Part shown: one piece after another, positions 25,291 to 38,186 of the stretch
Numbering within the stretch: the stretch's first letter is position 1
How the letters are laid out: each line of letters begins with the position of its first letter
Assembly (NCBI RefSeq): GCF_006345805.1
Contig: NC_043005.1
Location: forward strand, 94,054,001 to 94,118,000
Origin: Octopus sinensis
Lineage: Eukaryota
Length of the DNA stretch: 64,000 nucleotides
Direction: 5' to 3'
Made by a program: the position numbers and the translations under genes
The notes under the pieces: generated by a model
What the model was told of the DNA's origin: nothing
Databases searched by the model: none
Seen by the model: only the letters and a program-made list of their open reading frames with translations

Positions 25291-26054
25291 TCTAAATGTA
25301 TACAGTCCAGACTGGAGTGCTTTTGGGCAAGCTTACAACATGTGTTTGAGGCTAAGTTAAGGGGACACAAACAAACCAACACTAATTGTCAAGTGGTGGC
25401 TGAGCAAACACATAAACACACACATACATATGAAGGCAATCTTTATCTCCAACTCAATGTAGATATATTGTTAGAGCACCAAGCACTGCATTATACTTTG
25501 AGATGACCTGTCATGTGGGCACATGGTGCAAGCATCAGGTTTATTATATTGCTGGTGGATGAGAAGCAAGTGCTTTGGGCATTGGGATACCTTCATTTGA
25601 AATAGTTTGCAAAACTATAATAAAACTAATTTTTGAACAGAAAGAAATAGTCCAGGAAAATTTATTTAAAATATTTATCTTCTCTTACACACCTTAAAAT
25701 TATAGTTAACATCTTTAACAAAGAAAAAAACTGAAATAAAAAAGATCCCTCATGAACTTGTCTGTTAATTGGTGTGAAGGTGTTATATAAATGAATCCTT
25801 GTTTATCTTTTTCAAGCAAACTTGTTTTTATAAAATTGAAATAACACAGAAGAAATGACCAAATAAGGTAAACTAAAAATAAGTAAATATTAGTAAACTG
25901 GACTGTGCCAAATGCATTTTGACCATTTAGGTGAGTTGACAGTCTTTCATTATTTAACTAAGATGTTTTAAACAAACACAGCTTAAGTTTCTCTTTCATT
26001 CGGGTTCTGGTATAGAATATTTCAATATTTGAACGAGTGTGATCATTGATAGAG

Positions 26055-26462
26055 TGGCTAACCGGCTTCCATGCCAGTGGCACATAAAAGGCACCATTCG
26101 AGTGTGATCGTTACCAGCATCGCCTTACTGGTACTTGTGCCCGTGCTAGTAGGGTGCCAAGAGCACCATCCGAGAGTGATCGCTGCCAGAGCAGCAAACT
26201 GGCTTCTGTGCCTGTGGAACGTAAAAGGGTACCATTCAAGTGTGATCATTACCAACGTCACCTTACTGGCACCTGTGCCGGTAGTACGTAAAAAGCACCC
26301 ATACGGAGTGGTTGGCGTTAGGAAGGGCATCAAACTGTAGAAACTCTGCCAGATCAAGAGTGGAGCCTGGTGCAGCCATCTGGTTCACCAGCCCTCAGTC
26401 AAAATCGTCCAACTTATGCTAGCATGGAAAGCGGACGTTAACCAATGATGATGATGATGATG
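26055..26462 (+). mobile_element. RTE LINE 3'-UTR fragment
   Basis: Same 3' UTR and (GAT)n tail. Further copies at 43362-43520 (+), 48492-48740 (-) and 60094-60332 (-). Confidence 0.8.
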
Positions 26463-26714
26463 AACTTGATAAGAATGTTGTGAGAAGAGATTCATGGAAA
26501 TACTTTCAATGATTTTACAGACTAAAGAAAGTCTCAATATTTCAAAAATAAGTTACAGCCAAAGCTGAGAGATTAAGAAGTTTACATCCTAACAACAAAA
26601 TCTCAAGTTCAGTCTTACAGCATGGCACCTTGAGCAAGTTTTTTCTGCTACAACCCTAGCTCAACTTAAGCCTTGCAAGTGGATTTGGTAGAAATAAACT
26701 GAAAGAAACCCATC

Positions 26715-26748
<34 letters not shown>

Positions 26749-26815
26749 TTATGCATGCATGTATGTATAGGACAACAGGCAAATTTGTGAAATGTTCCAT
26801 ACATTTTAAGGTGCA

Positions 26816-26930
26816 GGTGTGGCTGTGTGGTAAGAAGCTTGCTTCCCAGTGATATGGTTCTGAGTTCAGTCCCACTGCGTGGCACCTTGGGCAAGTGTCT
26901 TCTACTATAGCTTCAAGCTAACCAAAGGCT
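26816..26930 (+). mobile_element. tRNA-derived SINE head (family C), truncated
   Basis: GGTGTGGCTGTGTGGTAAG A box, TGAGTTCAGTCCC B-box-like, then GGCACCTTGGGCAAG. Related pieces at 26620-26720 and 62060-62400. Confidence 0.65.
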
Positions 26931-27860
26931 TTCTCTGCGTTGACAAAAGCCAGGTATAGGGGTTCATTTTTGAGTAAATATTTCTCCTGAAGTTGCCAAA
27001 CCAGGAATATAGCACAAGTTGTGTTCCTGCCTGGTACAAATCTGAACTGCATCTTATCTACACTAACTCTCTTCCTAATTAGTTGAGCTATGACCCTTTC
27101 AGTGACTTCCATCACCTGCTCTAGCAATTTGATGCTTCTGTAATTATTCCTGTCTAAGGTGTCACCTTTACCTTTGTAGCAGTTAACTACAATATTGCTA
27201 CACCAATCATTGGGTATGACTCCTTTGGGCACAACCTGATTCTCTCCCTATACAGGTGACAAAGCTATATCCTACCCTGCCAAATATTTTAAGCATCTCA
27301 GTGGTGATTCCTGATGGGCCAGGGGCTTCTCTTTCTTCATATCCTCCATTGCTTTATCAACCAAGCTACTGTCGATATGGATATCTGGTCCCTCAGCTAG
27401 GTCAACATTTGACAGACTCTTCTCTCATTCATTCTCAACATTTAGCAGCCTTTCATGATGGTGTTTTCAAGCCTCTTTCTTTGCAGAATCATTAAATGCA
27501 TGTGAACCATCATCCACAGTCACAGTTCTCTCCTATGACATCATCATTTTCTCTCACACACTCTCTTGCAATCTGAAACATAGGCAGAATATAGGCAAAG
27601 TTCTTCTTTTCTGCTTCTTCGCTGACTAGATATATCTGTCTCTTGGCTTCCCTTCTGGTTATCTGATACAGTTCCCTGCTACCCTCACACTTCCAGTACT
27701 TCCAAACCTGTTTCTTTGCTCTAATGGCTTTGTCTACAACATCATTCCACCACCATATTGCTCTAGGTCTGGATGGGACTTGGCACCAGCAGCAGATTTG
27801 GTCTGTGGCACTCAGCAAACTGTCCTGCAGGAATTCCCCGTGGCCCTCTATGTTACAAAT
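26925..27860 (-). pseudogene. RTE LINE RT N-terminal fragment
   Basis: IPNDWCSNIVVNCYKGKGDTLDRNNYRSIKLL...QFRFVPGRNTT...YLAFVNAEKAF. Confidence 0.85.
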
Positions 27861-28396
27861 ATGGATGGATGGATGGATGGATAGAGTGATAAATTGAGAT
27901 TGATAGACAGACAGATAGATAAATAGATAAAAATAGGTGAACAAACAAAACATAAAAAAGATATGTTGAGTTAGATTTGAGACAGATGGACAAGCAGCCA
28001 GACAAACAGGTGGACAAACAGATACATAAACAGAAATATTGAGTACGATAGATTTATAGACAGACATACATACAGACAGACGGACGGACGGACGGACGGA
28101 TGGATGGATGGACAGATGGACGGATGGACAGATGGATGGATGGATGGATGGATAGACAGATAGATGGATAGAAGGCACAGGCAAATAGATGGATAGATAC
28201 CTTTACATGTGTCTTACATACCAAATGAACCTTTTCTACTTATCATCCACCAAAATCTTTTTCAACAAGGTGAAAGCAAAAGTAAAACTTCTTATTTATC
28301 TATTTATTTATATATATTTATGTTTATTTATTTATCTACATATACAGATAATGGTTGGGGTGTGGTGGGAATTGAAGTAGCTTTTGTTTGTTGTAG

Positions 28397-28445
28397 GTTT
28401 TTTCTCTTAGACTTAATAGAGCCTATAAAAATACAAATGCAGCTG
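28397..28445 (+). CDS. Putative host-gene exon A (VFSLRLNRAYKNTNAA)
   Basis: ttttgtttgttgtag acceptor, gtaata donor. Ends in phase 1, compatible with exon B. Confidence 0.45.
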
Positions 28446-28982
28446 GTAATATGACTAGGATCATGTTATAAGTCAGATTATTTGGGAGAAAACAAGGCAA
28501 ATGAAATAGGAGAAAGAAAAAGAAAGTGGAGAAAGAGAGAGAGAGGGTGGTGAGGAAGAAGAAGAGAGGGAGAAAGAGAGAAGAGGAACAAAGAGAAAAG
28601 AAAGACAGAGAGAAAAGAAAGAGAGTGTGTGACAAGGAACTGTGCAAAACCCAACAGCTCTCAACTCTAAATGGCTAATTAAATTTCTAAATTTAGGGAC
28701 TGTTCTTGTGAGGTGCTGAACCAAGTGTGCTGCTGACAGTGATGAAAGTGATGGAGGTGGTGGTGACGATGATGTTGAAGTTGGGGTAGGGGCTGATCAA
28801 AGTGGGATCTGAGGGAGGTCAAACTTTGTAATGAGGATTGGGGAGAATGAGAGAAACTGATAAAACAACTCTGGCAAAATTCTTCTATGATAGCAATGAT
28901 AATGGTGATGATGGCGAAGGGGATGATGCTGTTGATAAATATGAAGAGGCTGATGTGTGTGTTTGTGTGTGTGTGTATCATT

Positions 28983-29119
28983 ATTATTCTTTAACAAGTG
29001 TAGTGTTGATAGTGACTTCGAAGTTTTGGCCTGCTTAGCCTTTATTGGATAGTCTAATGAAGATTAAGTAGGTTGAAACTTCGAAGTCACTGTCAAAACT
29101 ATTCCTGTTAAAGAATAAT
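28983..29119. ncRNA. Fold-back pair of degenerate hammerhead motifs (plus copy 29048-29094)
   Basis: Stem I GAUAGU/ACUGUC; CUAAUGA (G5 to A); GAAAC 29075-29079; palindromic ACUUCGAAGU; GUC. The left arm is an inverted, more decayed copy. Confidence 0.6.
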
Positions 29120-29479
29120 AAATTTGTAATCTACAAAAATTGAGTAATCCTACAATATAATGTAAAATTATTTTGCTATAACTTGACATAAAAACAAACA
29201 TCGATGTGTGTGTGTGTGCATGTGGGTGTGTACCCTTATCTTGACATCATATGATAGTTGTAAATAAGCATCATCATCATCATAGAAGCAAGGTTGTTTG
29301 TTTCCAGTCTTCTGTGGAAAACATTGTAGAAATGGCCCTGCTTGATCTGTTGAAAAGGCGTAGGTAGAAACTCTATAAGATGTACCCAGTGTAAGCTATG
29401 GACACATAAGAGGTGCAGCAATATCAAAGGAAGGCTAACTAGGAGGATAGTTTTTGTATGTGGCAGATGCTCAGGAGCA

Positions 29480-30703
29480 ATAAACACTGAAAATGTGCAG
29501 AAAACAACTTCCGCCACATTCCAGGGAGAAACACTAGAGGTAGTTGATAGCTTCCGTTACCTAGGTGACCAAGTCAGTAGCGGGAGAAGGTGCGCTGAAA
29601 GTGTAGCTGCTAGAATAAGAATAGCCTGGGCTAAGTTTAGAGAGCTCTTACCTCTGCTGGTGACAAAGGGCCTATTGCTCAGAGTAAAAGGTAGACTGTA
29701 TGACACATGTGTACAAACAGCCATGCTATATGGCAGTGAAACATGGGCCGTGACTGCTGAGGACATGCGTAAGCTCACAAGGAATGAAGCCAGTGTGCTC
29801 TGCAGGATGTGTAATGTCAGTGTGCATACTCGACAGAGTGTAAGTAACTTGAGAGAAAAGTTGGACCTAAGAAGCATCAGATGTGGTGTGCAAGAGAGAC
29901 GACTGTGCTGGTATGGTCATGTGGCGAGAATAGATGAGGATAGCTGTGTGAAAAAGTGCCACACCCTAGCGGTTGAGGGAACCTGTGGAAGAGGTAAACC
30001 CAGGAAGACCTGGGATGAGGTGGTGAAACACGACCTTCAAACATTACACCTCACCGAGACAATGAATAGTGACCAAGACCTTTGGAAATATGCAGTGCTT
30101 GAGAAGACTCTGCAAGCCAAGTGAGACCATAATCCGTGGCCTAAGCCAGGGGTGTAACCAGCCCACTTATGCGTAGCTTTCCTACATTGGACACTAAACT
30201 CTGCTTGCAAAGACCTGTTGAGGCAAGTGAAATCGAAATCAAATCAAATTCACAAATTTGATGACTGGCATCCATGCCAGTGGAGCACTAAGTGCACCAT
30301 CCGAGTGTGATCACTGCCAGAGCAGCAGACCAGCTTCTGTGCTGGTGGCACATAAAAAGCACCATTCAAATGTGATCATTACCAGCGTCGCCTTACTGGC
30401 TCTTGTGCTGGTGGCACATGAAAAATATTCGAGCAAGGTCATTGCCAGTGCCACTGGACTGGCACCTGTGCAGGTAGCACATTAAAAGCACCATTTGAGT
30501 GTCACTGTTGCCAGACCGCTTCACTGGCCTTTGTGCTGGTGACACATAAATGCACCCACTACACTCTCAGAATGGTTGGCGTTAGGAAGGGCATCCAGCT
30601 GTAGAAACTCTGCTAGATCAGATTGGAGCCTGGTGCAGCCATCTGGTTTGCCAGTCCTCAGTCAAATCATCCAACCCATGTTAGCAAATGATGATGATGA
30701 TGA
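29480..30703 (+). mobile_element. 5'-truncated RTE LINE: RT C-terminus (29495-30124) plus ~580-bp 3' UTR and (GAT)n tail
   Basis: VDSFRYLGD..., [34 protein letters not shown] are RTE/BovB-type motifs. Confidence 0.9.
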
Positions 30704-30845
30704 CTTGGAAAAAGGTAAGGGTTGCTGACAGGAATGGCATATGGTTGTAGAAAACCTTACCCAACAATTCTGTCAGACCCATGCAATCATGGAAAAGTGG
30801 ACATTAAACGATGATGATGACTTTTGTTCCCTCTGTTTTGAGCAG

Positions 30846-30928
30846 AAACTAATGGCACCATCAGCTTTCATTTCTTGAATGTAATGAAAATGGCACCACC
30901 AAATCCAGCCTTAATTCCTAAAATGCTG
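30846..30928 (+). CDS. Putative host-gene exon B ((E)TNGTISFHFLNVMKMAPPNPALIPKML)
   Basis: Pyrimidine tract plus gagcag acceptor, gtatga donor. Open frame, phase 1 to phase 0. Confidence 0.55.
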
Positions 30929-31200
30929 GTATGAGATAAGTCAACTTTACTCATCCTTGAAAAAAAATGTACCTCACTTGTTTAGTCTAGTCACAAGAAA
31001 TTGCCATTTTAAGTCAGACATCAGTTTTCTAGTTTATCTCCACTTACCATTCATGGTGCCAGTTTATTTCCAGATAACTTATAAGGAATGAGGTGAGGAG
31101 GTTACATAAAATAAAAAAATAAAATGAATTAAAATCAAATCAAATACAATATGTAAAATAAAGATAAAATCTTTTTTAAACTTTTCTTTTTTTTTTTCAG

Positions 31201-31250
31201 AGTAGTAAAAAAATATTTCTTTTGCCATCTGCTTTCAGGGCTAGCTTTTG
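31201..31250 (+). CDS. Putative host-gene exon C (SSKKIFLLPSAFRASF(W))
   Basis: Strong (t)n-cag acceptor, gtgagt donor. Phase 0 to phase 2. Confidence 0.65.
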
Positions 31251-31750
31251 GTGAGTCAATCCCAAATATCTATCTCCACCACCACCACCATCACCACTAC
31301 TACTACCACCACCGCCCCCACCACCATCACAAATACCATCACAACCACCATCACTATATCTAGCTTGCAGACTATCTTGTGCAACACATTTCTAACCTAG
31401 CCACTATTGCCATCACTTCAGACAACACAGAGACCACCACCACCACCACTCTACCACCGCTGCTGCCACCATCATTCTACTGCTGCTGTTTCTGCTACCA
31501 CTGCTTCCCCCACCACTGCCACCACCACCTGCAAAACATATTCACTGTCATCACAACACCATCTTTCTTGCCATTACCTCTGTCACTACCATTCTTTAGT
31601 TCTCCTCTACATAAACCATCCTACCATTACAACCTGCAAATTAGCAGAGTTGTTACAGCATAGGATAAAATGCTTTACAGTGTTTGTTTTGACCGTTGGT
31701 GCTCTGGGTTCAGATCTCATTGAGATCAACTTCATCTTTCATAATTTTAG

Positions 31751-31824
31751 GAATGATAAAAAACGTCCCAATCCAAGATACTGGATTGGTGGGACTCTAA
31801 GAATATTTGATTGGATGCCTTATG
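31751..31824 (+). CDS. Putative host-gene exon D ((W)NDKKRPNPRYWIGGTLRIFDWMPY)
   Basis: ataattttag acceptor, gtattt donor. Phase 2 to phase 1, in frame with exon C. Confidence 0.6.
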
Positions 31825-32369
31825 GTATTTGTCTCAGAACTTTGTGAACTGAGTTCAAATGCCACCATGGCCTACTTGGGTGATAGACTTCATCACCTGA
31901 CACCTTCGCCAAGTCTTCAACTTGAAAATACTTACATTCCTCCCTCCCATCAGTCTTAAAGACACTGTACAGGGCTGTAGGAAGGGGACTAGCTGATACC
32001 ATTGACTCCAATACTTGTCTGGTATTTATTTGATCAATCCTTCCCACCAAAGATTCCATGATGGAATTTGAACTCAGAATGTATAGTGCCAGAATAAGTG
32101 CTGTTAAGTATGTTGTTCTCTGAGCTAAAATGATAATCTTTCCCAAATCAGCACAAGGCCTGCAAGTTTGGTGGGGTGAGTGTGGGTGTGAAGTGTAGTT
32201 GGTTGCATTGCCTCGAGTACTTGACTGGTACTTTTGAACTCAGAATGTAAAGACAGACAAAATGCTGTTAAGCATCTTGCCTGGAGTGGTAATGATTCTG
32301 CCAGCTTGCTGTCTTTAATAATAATGATAATAATAATGATGATGATGATGATGATGATAATGATGATAG

Positions 32370-33410
32370 AAGAATGATGCAGGTAGAACTGTGCTATAAG
32401 ACTTCCATAGTAACAATGAACAAGTACTTATCTAGTACAGAGAACTGGATGCTGTGGCTTGTGTGCAAACACGAAAGCAGCAAAAAAATCACATTCTATT
32501 GTCAAGGAAGCTTGCAAATTCACAAGGGAACTTGGCATTAACCCTGAATTAGATGAAGAACTTGAAACCACTACCACGAAAAAAGCAAAACGGATCAAAC
32601 AGACTGCAAAAAAGAATGGGCAGAAACAAATTGAGGAACAGTGGAACCAGAAGCCTCTGCATGGACAGCATATACTTCGAAGCTGAAATGCTGATGTAGA
32701 CTAAGCAACAACCTAACAGTAGCTGAGAAGTTCAGAACTGAAAGCAGAAACTGAAGGTTTCATATTGGTGGCACAAGATCAAAGCTTGCTTACCAAAAAC
32801 TACCAGGTTATACATTGGAAAACATGTAAACACTACAAAACCATCACTCCTGCTTACTGGTATGAACATCATCCTGAGCCAGTCGTTGAAGGTAAAAATG
32901 TCACCATCCTCTGGGATTTTCCAGTCAACACCGACAGAACGATCCAGGCTAATCAACCAGACATAGTCATTAAAGACACTGAAGAAAATACTTGTAGACT
33001 AATACATGTAAGTTTTCCCACTGGTAAAAATATATCTGTGAAGGAAATTGACAAATTAAGTAAATATAAAGACCTGGAAATTGAAATACAAAAAATGTAG
33101 AATCTTAAAGCCAGAACTGTTCCTGTTATTGAGGGTGCCCTTGGTATGATAAGAAAGGGATGTCAGAAACATCTAGATAATATCCCAGATGAACCATGTC
33201 TTAGAGAAATCCAAAAGGTTGGACTGACAAGCACGACCCATATCCTTAGAAAAACCCTTTTCATGTAATACAACACATATAAAATATTTCACTCCTGCCC
33301 CTGCAACTTTCCCTCCTCAAGCTTTCAGTCAATCTATAACATATCTTATCCTTCACTTGTCCCAGGATGCTGGATGTGTCTCAGTGAGTGATTAAAAGTA
33401 AATAATAATA
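32370..33410 (+). mobile_element. R4/Dong-like LINE 3' fragment with RLE domain
   Basis: ETEGFILVAQDQSL, ILWDFPVNTDRTIQANQPDIVI, KLSKYKDL, VPVIEGALG. Lies between (GAT/AAT)n arrays. Confidence 0.85.
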
Positions 33411-33930
33411 ATGATAATTCTTTTTACTAAAGGCACAAGCCCTGAAATTTTTGGGGAAGGGACTAGTTGATAACATCGACCCCAGTGTTTCACTGGTACT
33501 TAATTTATTGATCTTATAAGGATGAAAGGCAAAGTTGACCTTGGTGGAATTTAAACTCAGAACATAAAGATGGACAAAACAATGCTAAGTATTTTAGCCC
33601 AGCATGCTAATGATTCTGCCAGCTCGTCACGTTAATAATAACAATGATAATAATAATAATGATGATGATGATAATAATAATAATAATAATCCTTTCTACT
33701 ATAGGCACAAGGCCTGGATTTTGTGGGATGGGGGGGGGCAGTTGATCACATCGACCCCAGTACTCAACTGGTACTTAATTGACCCTGAAAGGATAAAACA
33801 CAAAGCTGACCTTGGTAGAATTTGAACTCAGAATGTAGCGACAGACGAAATGCCTCTAAGCATTTTTCCCAGTGTGCTAATGACTCTGCCAGCTTACTGC
33901 CTTAATAATAACAACAACAACAATAATAAT

Positions 33931-36900
33931 AAAGCCTTATATGGAATAGCATGAAATGCTGGAGAACAGAATTGACAACAGGGAATCAAGTATTAGAAGA
34001 GATGGAAATCAAGAGAGGTATCTTCCAGGGGGACAGCATGACCCCATTGATCTTTATGCTGGGAGTGATACCCTTGAATGAAAATCTACAGAAAACAAAG
34101 TTGGGGTCTGATCTGGGAAGAGGTAAGGGAAAACTGAATCGTTTCCTCATGGACGATTTGAAGCTATTAACAAAAACTGAAGCAAAACTGGACAGCCTAG
34201 TCCAATCTGTGCAGATTTTCTCCAATGATATTAAAATGGTGTTAGGACTCTCAAAATGTGCTATGATGGTGATGAGACAAGGAAAGCTTTTCAGAACAGA
34301 AAGCATAAGATAGCCAAGTGGTGGAAATATGAAGGAAATTCAACCTCAGTCCAGCTATAAATACTTGGGAATACTTGAGGTACGAGGGGCGTTCAATAAG
34401 TAATGCCCCTGACCCACTTCCCATAGCAGTAGAGCAACGAAACGTGGCACAGTTATTAGTCTTTTTCTACATAGGAACCACCCAGAGTTACGCATTTCTC
34501 ACATCGTTTGATGCAGCTCTGAAGACCGTTTTTGTAGAAGACCCCAGCTTGATCCTCCAACCACGACGTGACTTCAGAAATCAAGGCTGCATCATCTGGG
34601 AAACGCTTTCCTTTCAAAAACAACTTCATGGCTGGGAAGAGGTGAAAATCAGAGGGTGCAAGGTCAGGAGAGTAGGGGGGATAGGGGATGAGTTCATAGC
34701 TGCACGCCTGTGCTTCTGATCTGGCGACACGCGAGTTGTGAACCGGAGCGTTGTCCTGCAAGAGGAGGATGCCTTTGCTGATCTTGCCCCGCCTCTTGAT
34801 TTTGATAGCTTCTCTTAATTTCCTCAAAAGTGAAGCATAATAGGCTCCTGTAATTGTGGCACCCTTTGCCAGGAAATCTGTCATCAGTACTCCGTCCTGG
34901 TCCCAGAAGACTGTGAGCATGACCTTGCCAACGGAAGGCTGCACCCTTGCCTTCTTTGGAGGAGGTGAGTCACGGTGTGTCCACTGCATTGACTGGGCTT
35001 TGGTCTCTGGATCATAGTGATGGACCCAGGTTTCATCCTGTGTAATCAGTCTTTTGAAAAATTTTGACTCATCTTCTTGGCACATCTCCAAATTCATCCT
35101 CGAGCAATCGACACGTTCTTGCTTCTGGAAAGATGTGAGCAACCTGGGAATCCATCTGGCAGACACCTTTTGCATATGCAAATGGTCATGAATGATAGTT
35201 TCCACAGACCCAGTACTAATCTTGACCTCATGGGCTATTTGGCGAATAGTTATGCGTCGATCTTCCAAAATGGCAACCTCAACATGACGGACAGATGCCT
35301 CATCAATGGCAGAAGGGGGCGACCAGATCTGGGAGCTGTTTCCACAGAGTTCCGACCATGTTTGAATTCACGATGCCAGCGTTTTACAAGGTCATATGAT
35401 GGGGCATCATCCCCATAAGTTACTTTCATTTCATCAAAAGTCTCCCGTGGTGTGCGTTCTTTCAAATACAAAAACCGGATCACTGCTCGACACTCAACAG
35501 GCTCCATTTCACACTTGACTCAGTTCAAACACTTGTAAATCAGAAACCACAATTAGTCCAGAGCTGTAATTTGTCACTTAATCTATAAAGATATAAATAA
35601 TTGTACATGCAAAATTTCAGCTAGATCAAATAACTGCAAGTGGGTCAGAAGCATTACTTATTGAACGCCCCTCGTAGATGGAATCAAACACAATGACATG
35701 AAGGAAAAGACAAAAAGAGAGTACCTGCGGTGAGTGAGAGAAACATTGGCTTCAAAGCTGAATGCCAGAAACATAATTTCAGCAATAAACTCGGGTGCAG
35801 TCACAGCAGTTCGGTATGGCACTGGAATCCTGAAGTGAACCGAGGAGGAACTAAAAGAGATGGCAGAGGAAGTCAAGAAAGCTTCTAATGATGCATGGTG
35901 CCCATCATCCATGTGCGGACACTGATTGCCTATACATGAAGAAAGCAAATGGAGGAAGGGGACTGATAAGTGTGGAAGACTGTGTACGTATCGAACTAAA
36001 TGAGATACCTAGCCTAAAGTAAAGAAACCTTGCTAGAGACATCTGGTAGCAAGGGAATATTGAAGGCAGAGAAAAAAGGAAAAACAAAGGAAGAAGTGCA
36101 AAAAGGACATGAAGAAGAATTATGCAAGAAGGGACTACACAATCAATTCCATGCAGCCACAACAGAAGTTGCTGGAAAAAAATGGTAGGACTGGCTGGTG
36201 AAAGGAACACTAGAAAAAGAGACCAAAAGCACTACACTGACAGCACAAGATCAAGCTTTGGCTGCAAACTGGAGGGTGAACTTTAAGAATGAGCAAGTGA
36301 GTCCACTGTGCCGCATCTGAATAGAGTAGATAAAACCACAGCCCATATCACAAACAAATGCCCTAAACTTGCCCCAAACCATTACAAGTTGTGGTGACAT
36401 GATCAGCAGTGAAAGTGCTACATTGGAAACTGTGAAAAGTGGGGGCTAGAGAGAGGCAAGACATGGTATGAAAAACAAACTGGAGACAGAGTGTCGGAGT
36501 CAGACACTAGCAAAATCCTCTGGGATTTCCCAATCAAAACAGATTAGGTGCTAAAGCATAACAGACTGGACCTGCTGGTGGTGGATAAGATGCACCACAT
36601 ATGCTATATAGTTGATGTTGTATGTCCCTTTGACCTACAAGTAGTCAAGAAGGAAAGCAAAAGGAAAGATAAATACAACTCTCTTAAGTATGAAATAGTC
36701 TGGCTATGGAAAATGAAGAAGGTGAAGATAGAGCTAATTATTGTTGGGTCCTTGGGAACAGTATCAGAAGGCATCAAGAGGGAATATAAAGGAAATTGAA
36801 GTAGAATGCCTGATAGAACTGTTACAAGAGGTTTGCCTCCTTGGCACGGCCAGAATAATCAGCAAAGAATTAGATAGCTGAAAAGAATGGATAGCATGGT

Positions 36901-36985
36901 ACCGTAACTTGCAGGTAGCAAGCCTGCTACACATGCAAGACTCCAGAAGCTCCAACAAAACCTGTGATAAAGAGAAATAATAATA
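33931..36985 (+). mobile_element. R4/Dong-like LINE (RT plus RLE), decayed and interrupted by mariner
   Basis: GIFQGDSMTPL, FLMDDLKL, YKYLGILE|V|DGIK across the mariner site, GGRGL, ILWDFPIKTD, RLDLLVVD, KDKYNSL. Flanked by (AAT)n. Confidence 0.85.
34383..35674 (-). mobile_element. Mariner transposon (DD34D, probably irritans/Hsmar2-like), 1292 bp
   Basis: Perfect 24-bp TIRs CGAGGGGCGTTCAATAAGTAATGC; TA TSD; WIPRLL, QDETW, QDNAPVH and YSPDLAPSD motifs; D-D spacing of 34. One frameshift in a C-run near 35295. Confidence 0.95.
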
Positions 36986-37289
36986 TGAGCTTACAGCTTG
37001 ACAAGAAGTGTTTTTGGTGAGAATTATGAAGACCCAACAGCTATCTAATGTGGTGATGATGTTGGGTGATCCCTTATTCAACATTTGGCTGTCTGTGATC
37101 CAGTACACTCCAAACCATTGTTATTTCCAAATTTGTTTGTGTGTTCTGAGTTAGTTTGAAGAAATGTTTGTCCATGCAATTGTGGCCTTGTATTTTCACC
37201 TTAAATTGCGAGTTTGGTGATTAGAGAAACTCAATTCTAAATTGATCTGTTTACAAACTCATGTTACTAATTGGCATGATCTTTAACAG

Positions 37290-38044
37290 ATGGAGAAGTT
37301 GGGTGGGGTGATAGTGTCATAACTTGGTATTGAGAGATGATGATAACGTAAAAATGATAACATTACTTGTAAATTGCCTCATCTATGAAGAACAAGGTTG
37401 TCTGTTACATTGATCAGTTTATTTAGTTATATCATGTTTTTCTGAAGGTGTATGGTTCAGTGGTTACAATGTCAGGCTCACAATCATGAAGTAGTGAGTT
37501 TGATTCCTGGATCAGGCTGCATGTTGTGTTCTTAAGCAAGACACTCAATTTCATGTTGCTCCATTTCACTCAGTCGTAGAAATGAGTTGCAACGTCACTG
37601 GTGCCAAGCTGTATCAGCCTTTCCCTTTCCCTTGTATAACATCGGTGGCATGGAGAGGAGAAGCTAGTGTGTAGGGGTGATTGCTGGCCCTCCATAAACA
37701 ACTTTGCATGGACTTGTGCCTTGGAGGGGAACTTTCTAGGTGCAATCCCATGGTCATTGACTAAAGGGGGTTTTACCCTATTGTGTTTTTGTGACCAATG
37801 TTGTTGTTGTTCACATGTTTACAATGGACTGATCACAGTTCAACATAAGAATAAAGGCAACAGTGATGTGAGGGAAAATCTGTATGACAGCAACAACTAT
37901 CATGAGATATTACTGTTTAGAAATACTGGTTTAACTGCCTTTTTTCACCAATTTGTATCTGTGTGTGTGTGTGATGGTGATATTTTCTTTCTCTTATTTT
38001 TTGCTATTTTTTAGTGATGGAAAACAGGGATTAAAGAAATCCAG
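37290..38044 (+). CDS. Tentative host-gene exons E (37290-37326) and F (38015-38044): (D)GEVGWGDSVIT(C)DGKQGLKKS
   Basis: ctttaacag/gtattg and tttttag/gtaaat signals. Phases continue exon D, but these exons are very short, so a chance match is possible. Confidence 0.35.
37444..37778 (+). mobile_element. tRNA-derived SINE (family D), degenerate
   Basis: TGGTTCAGTGG A box, GAGTTTGATTCC B box, then TTAAGCAAGACAC body. Confidence 0.6.
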
Positions 38045-38186
38045 GTAAATACCTCAGGAAGTATCACATGTGATGTATGTATATATATGTATACATACAT
38101 ATATATATATATATGTGTATATATGTGTATGTGTGTGTGTATATATATATATATATACATTATATATATCTGTGTGTGTGTGTGGA

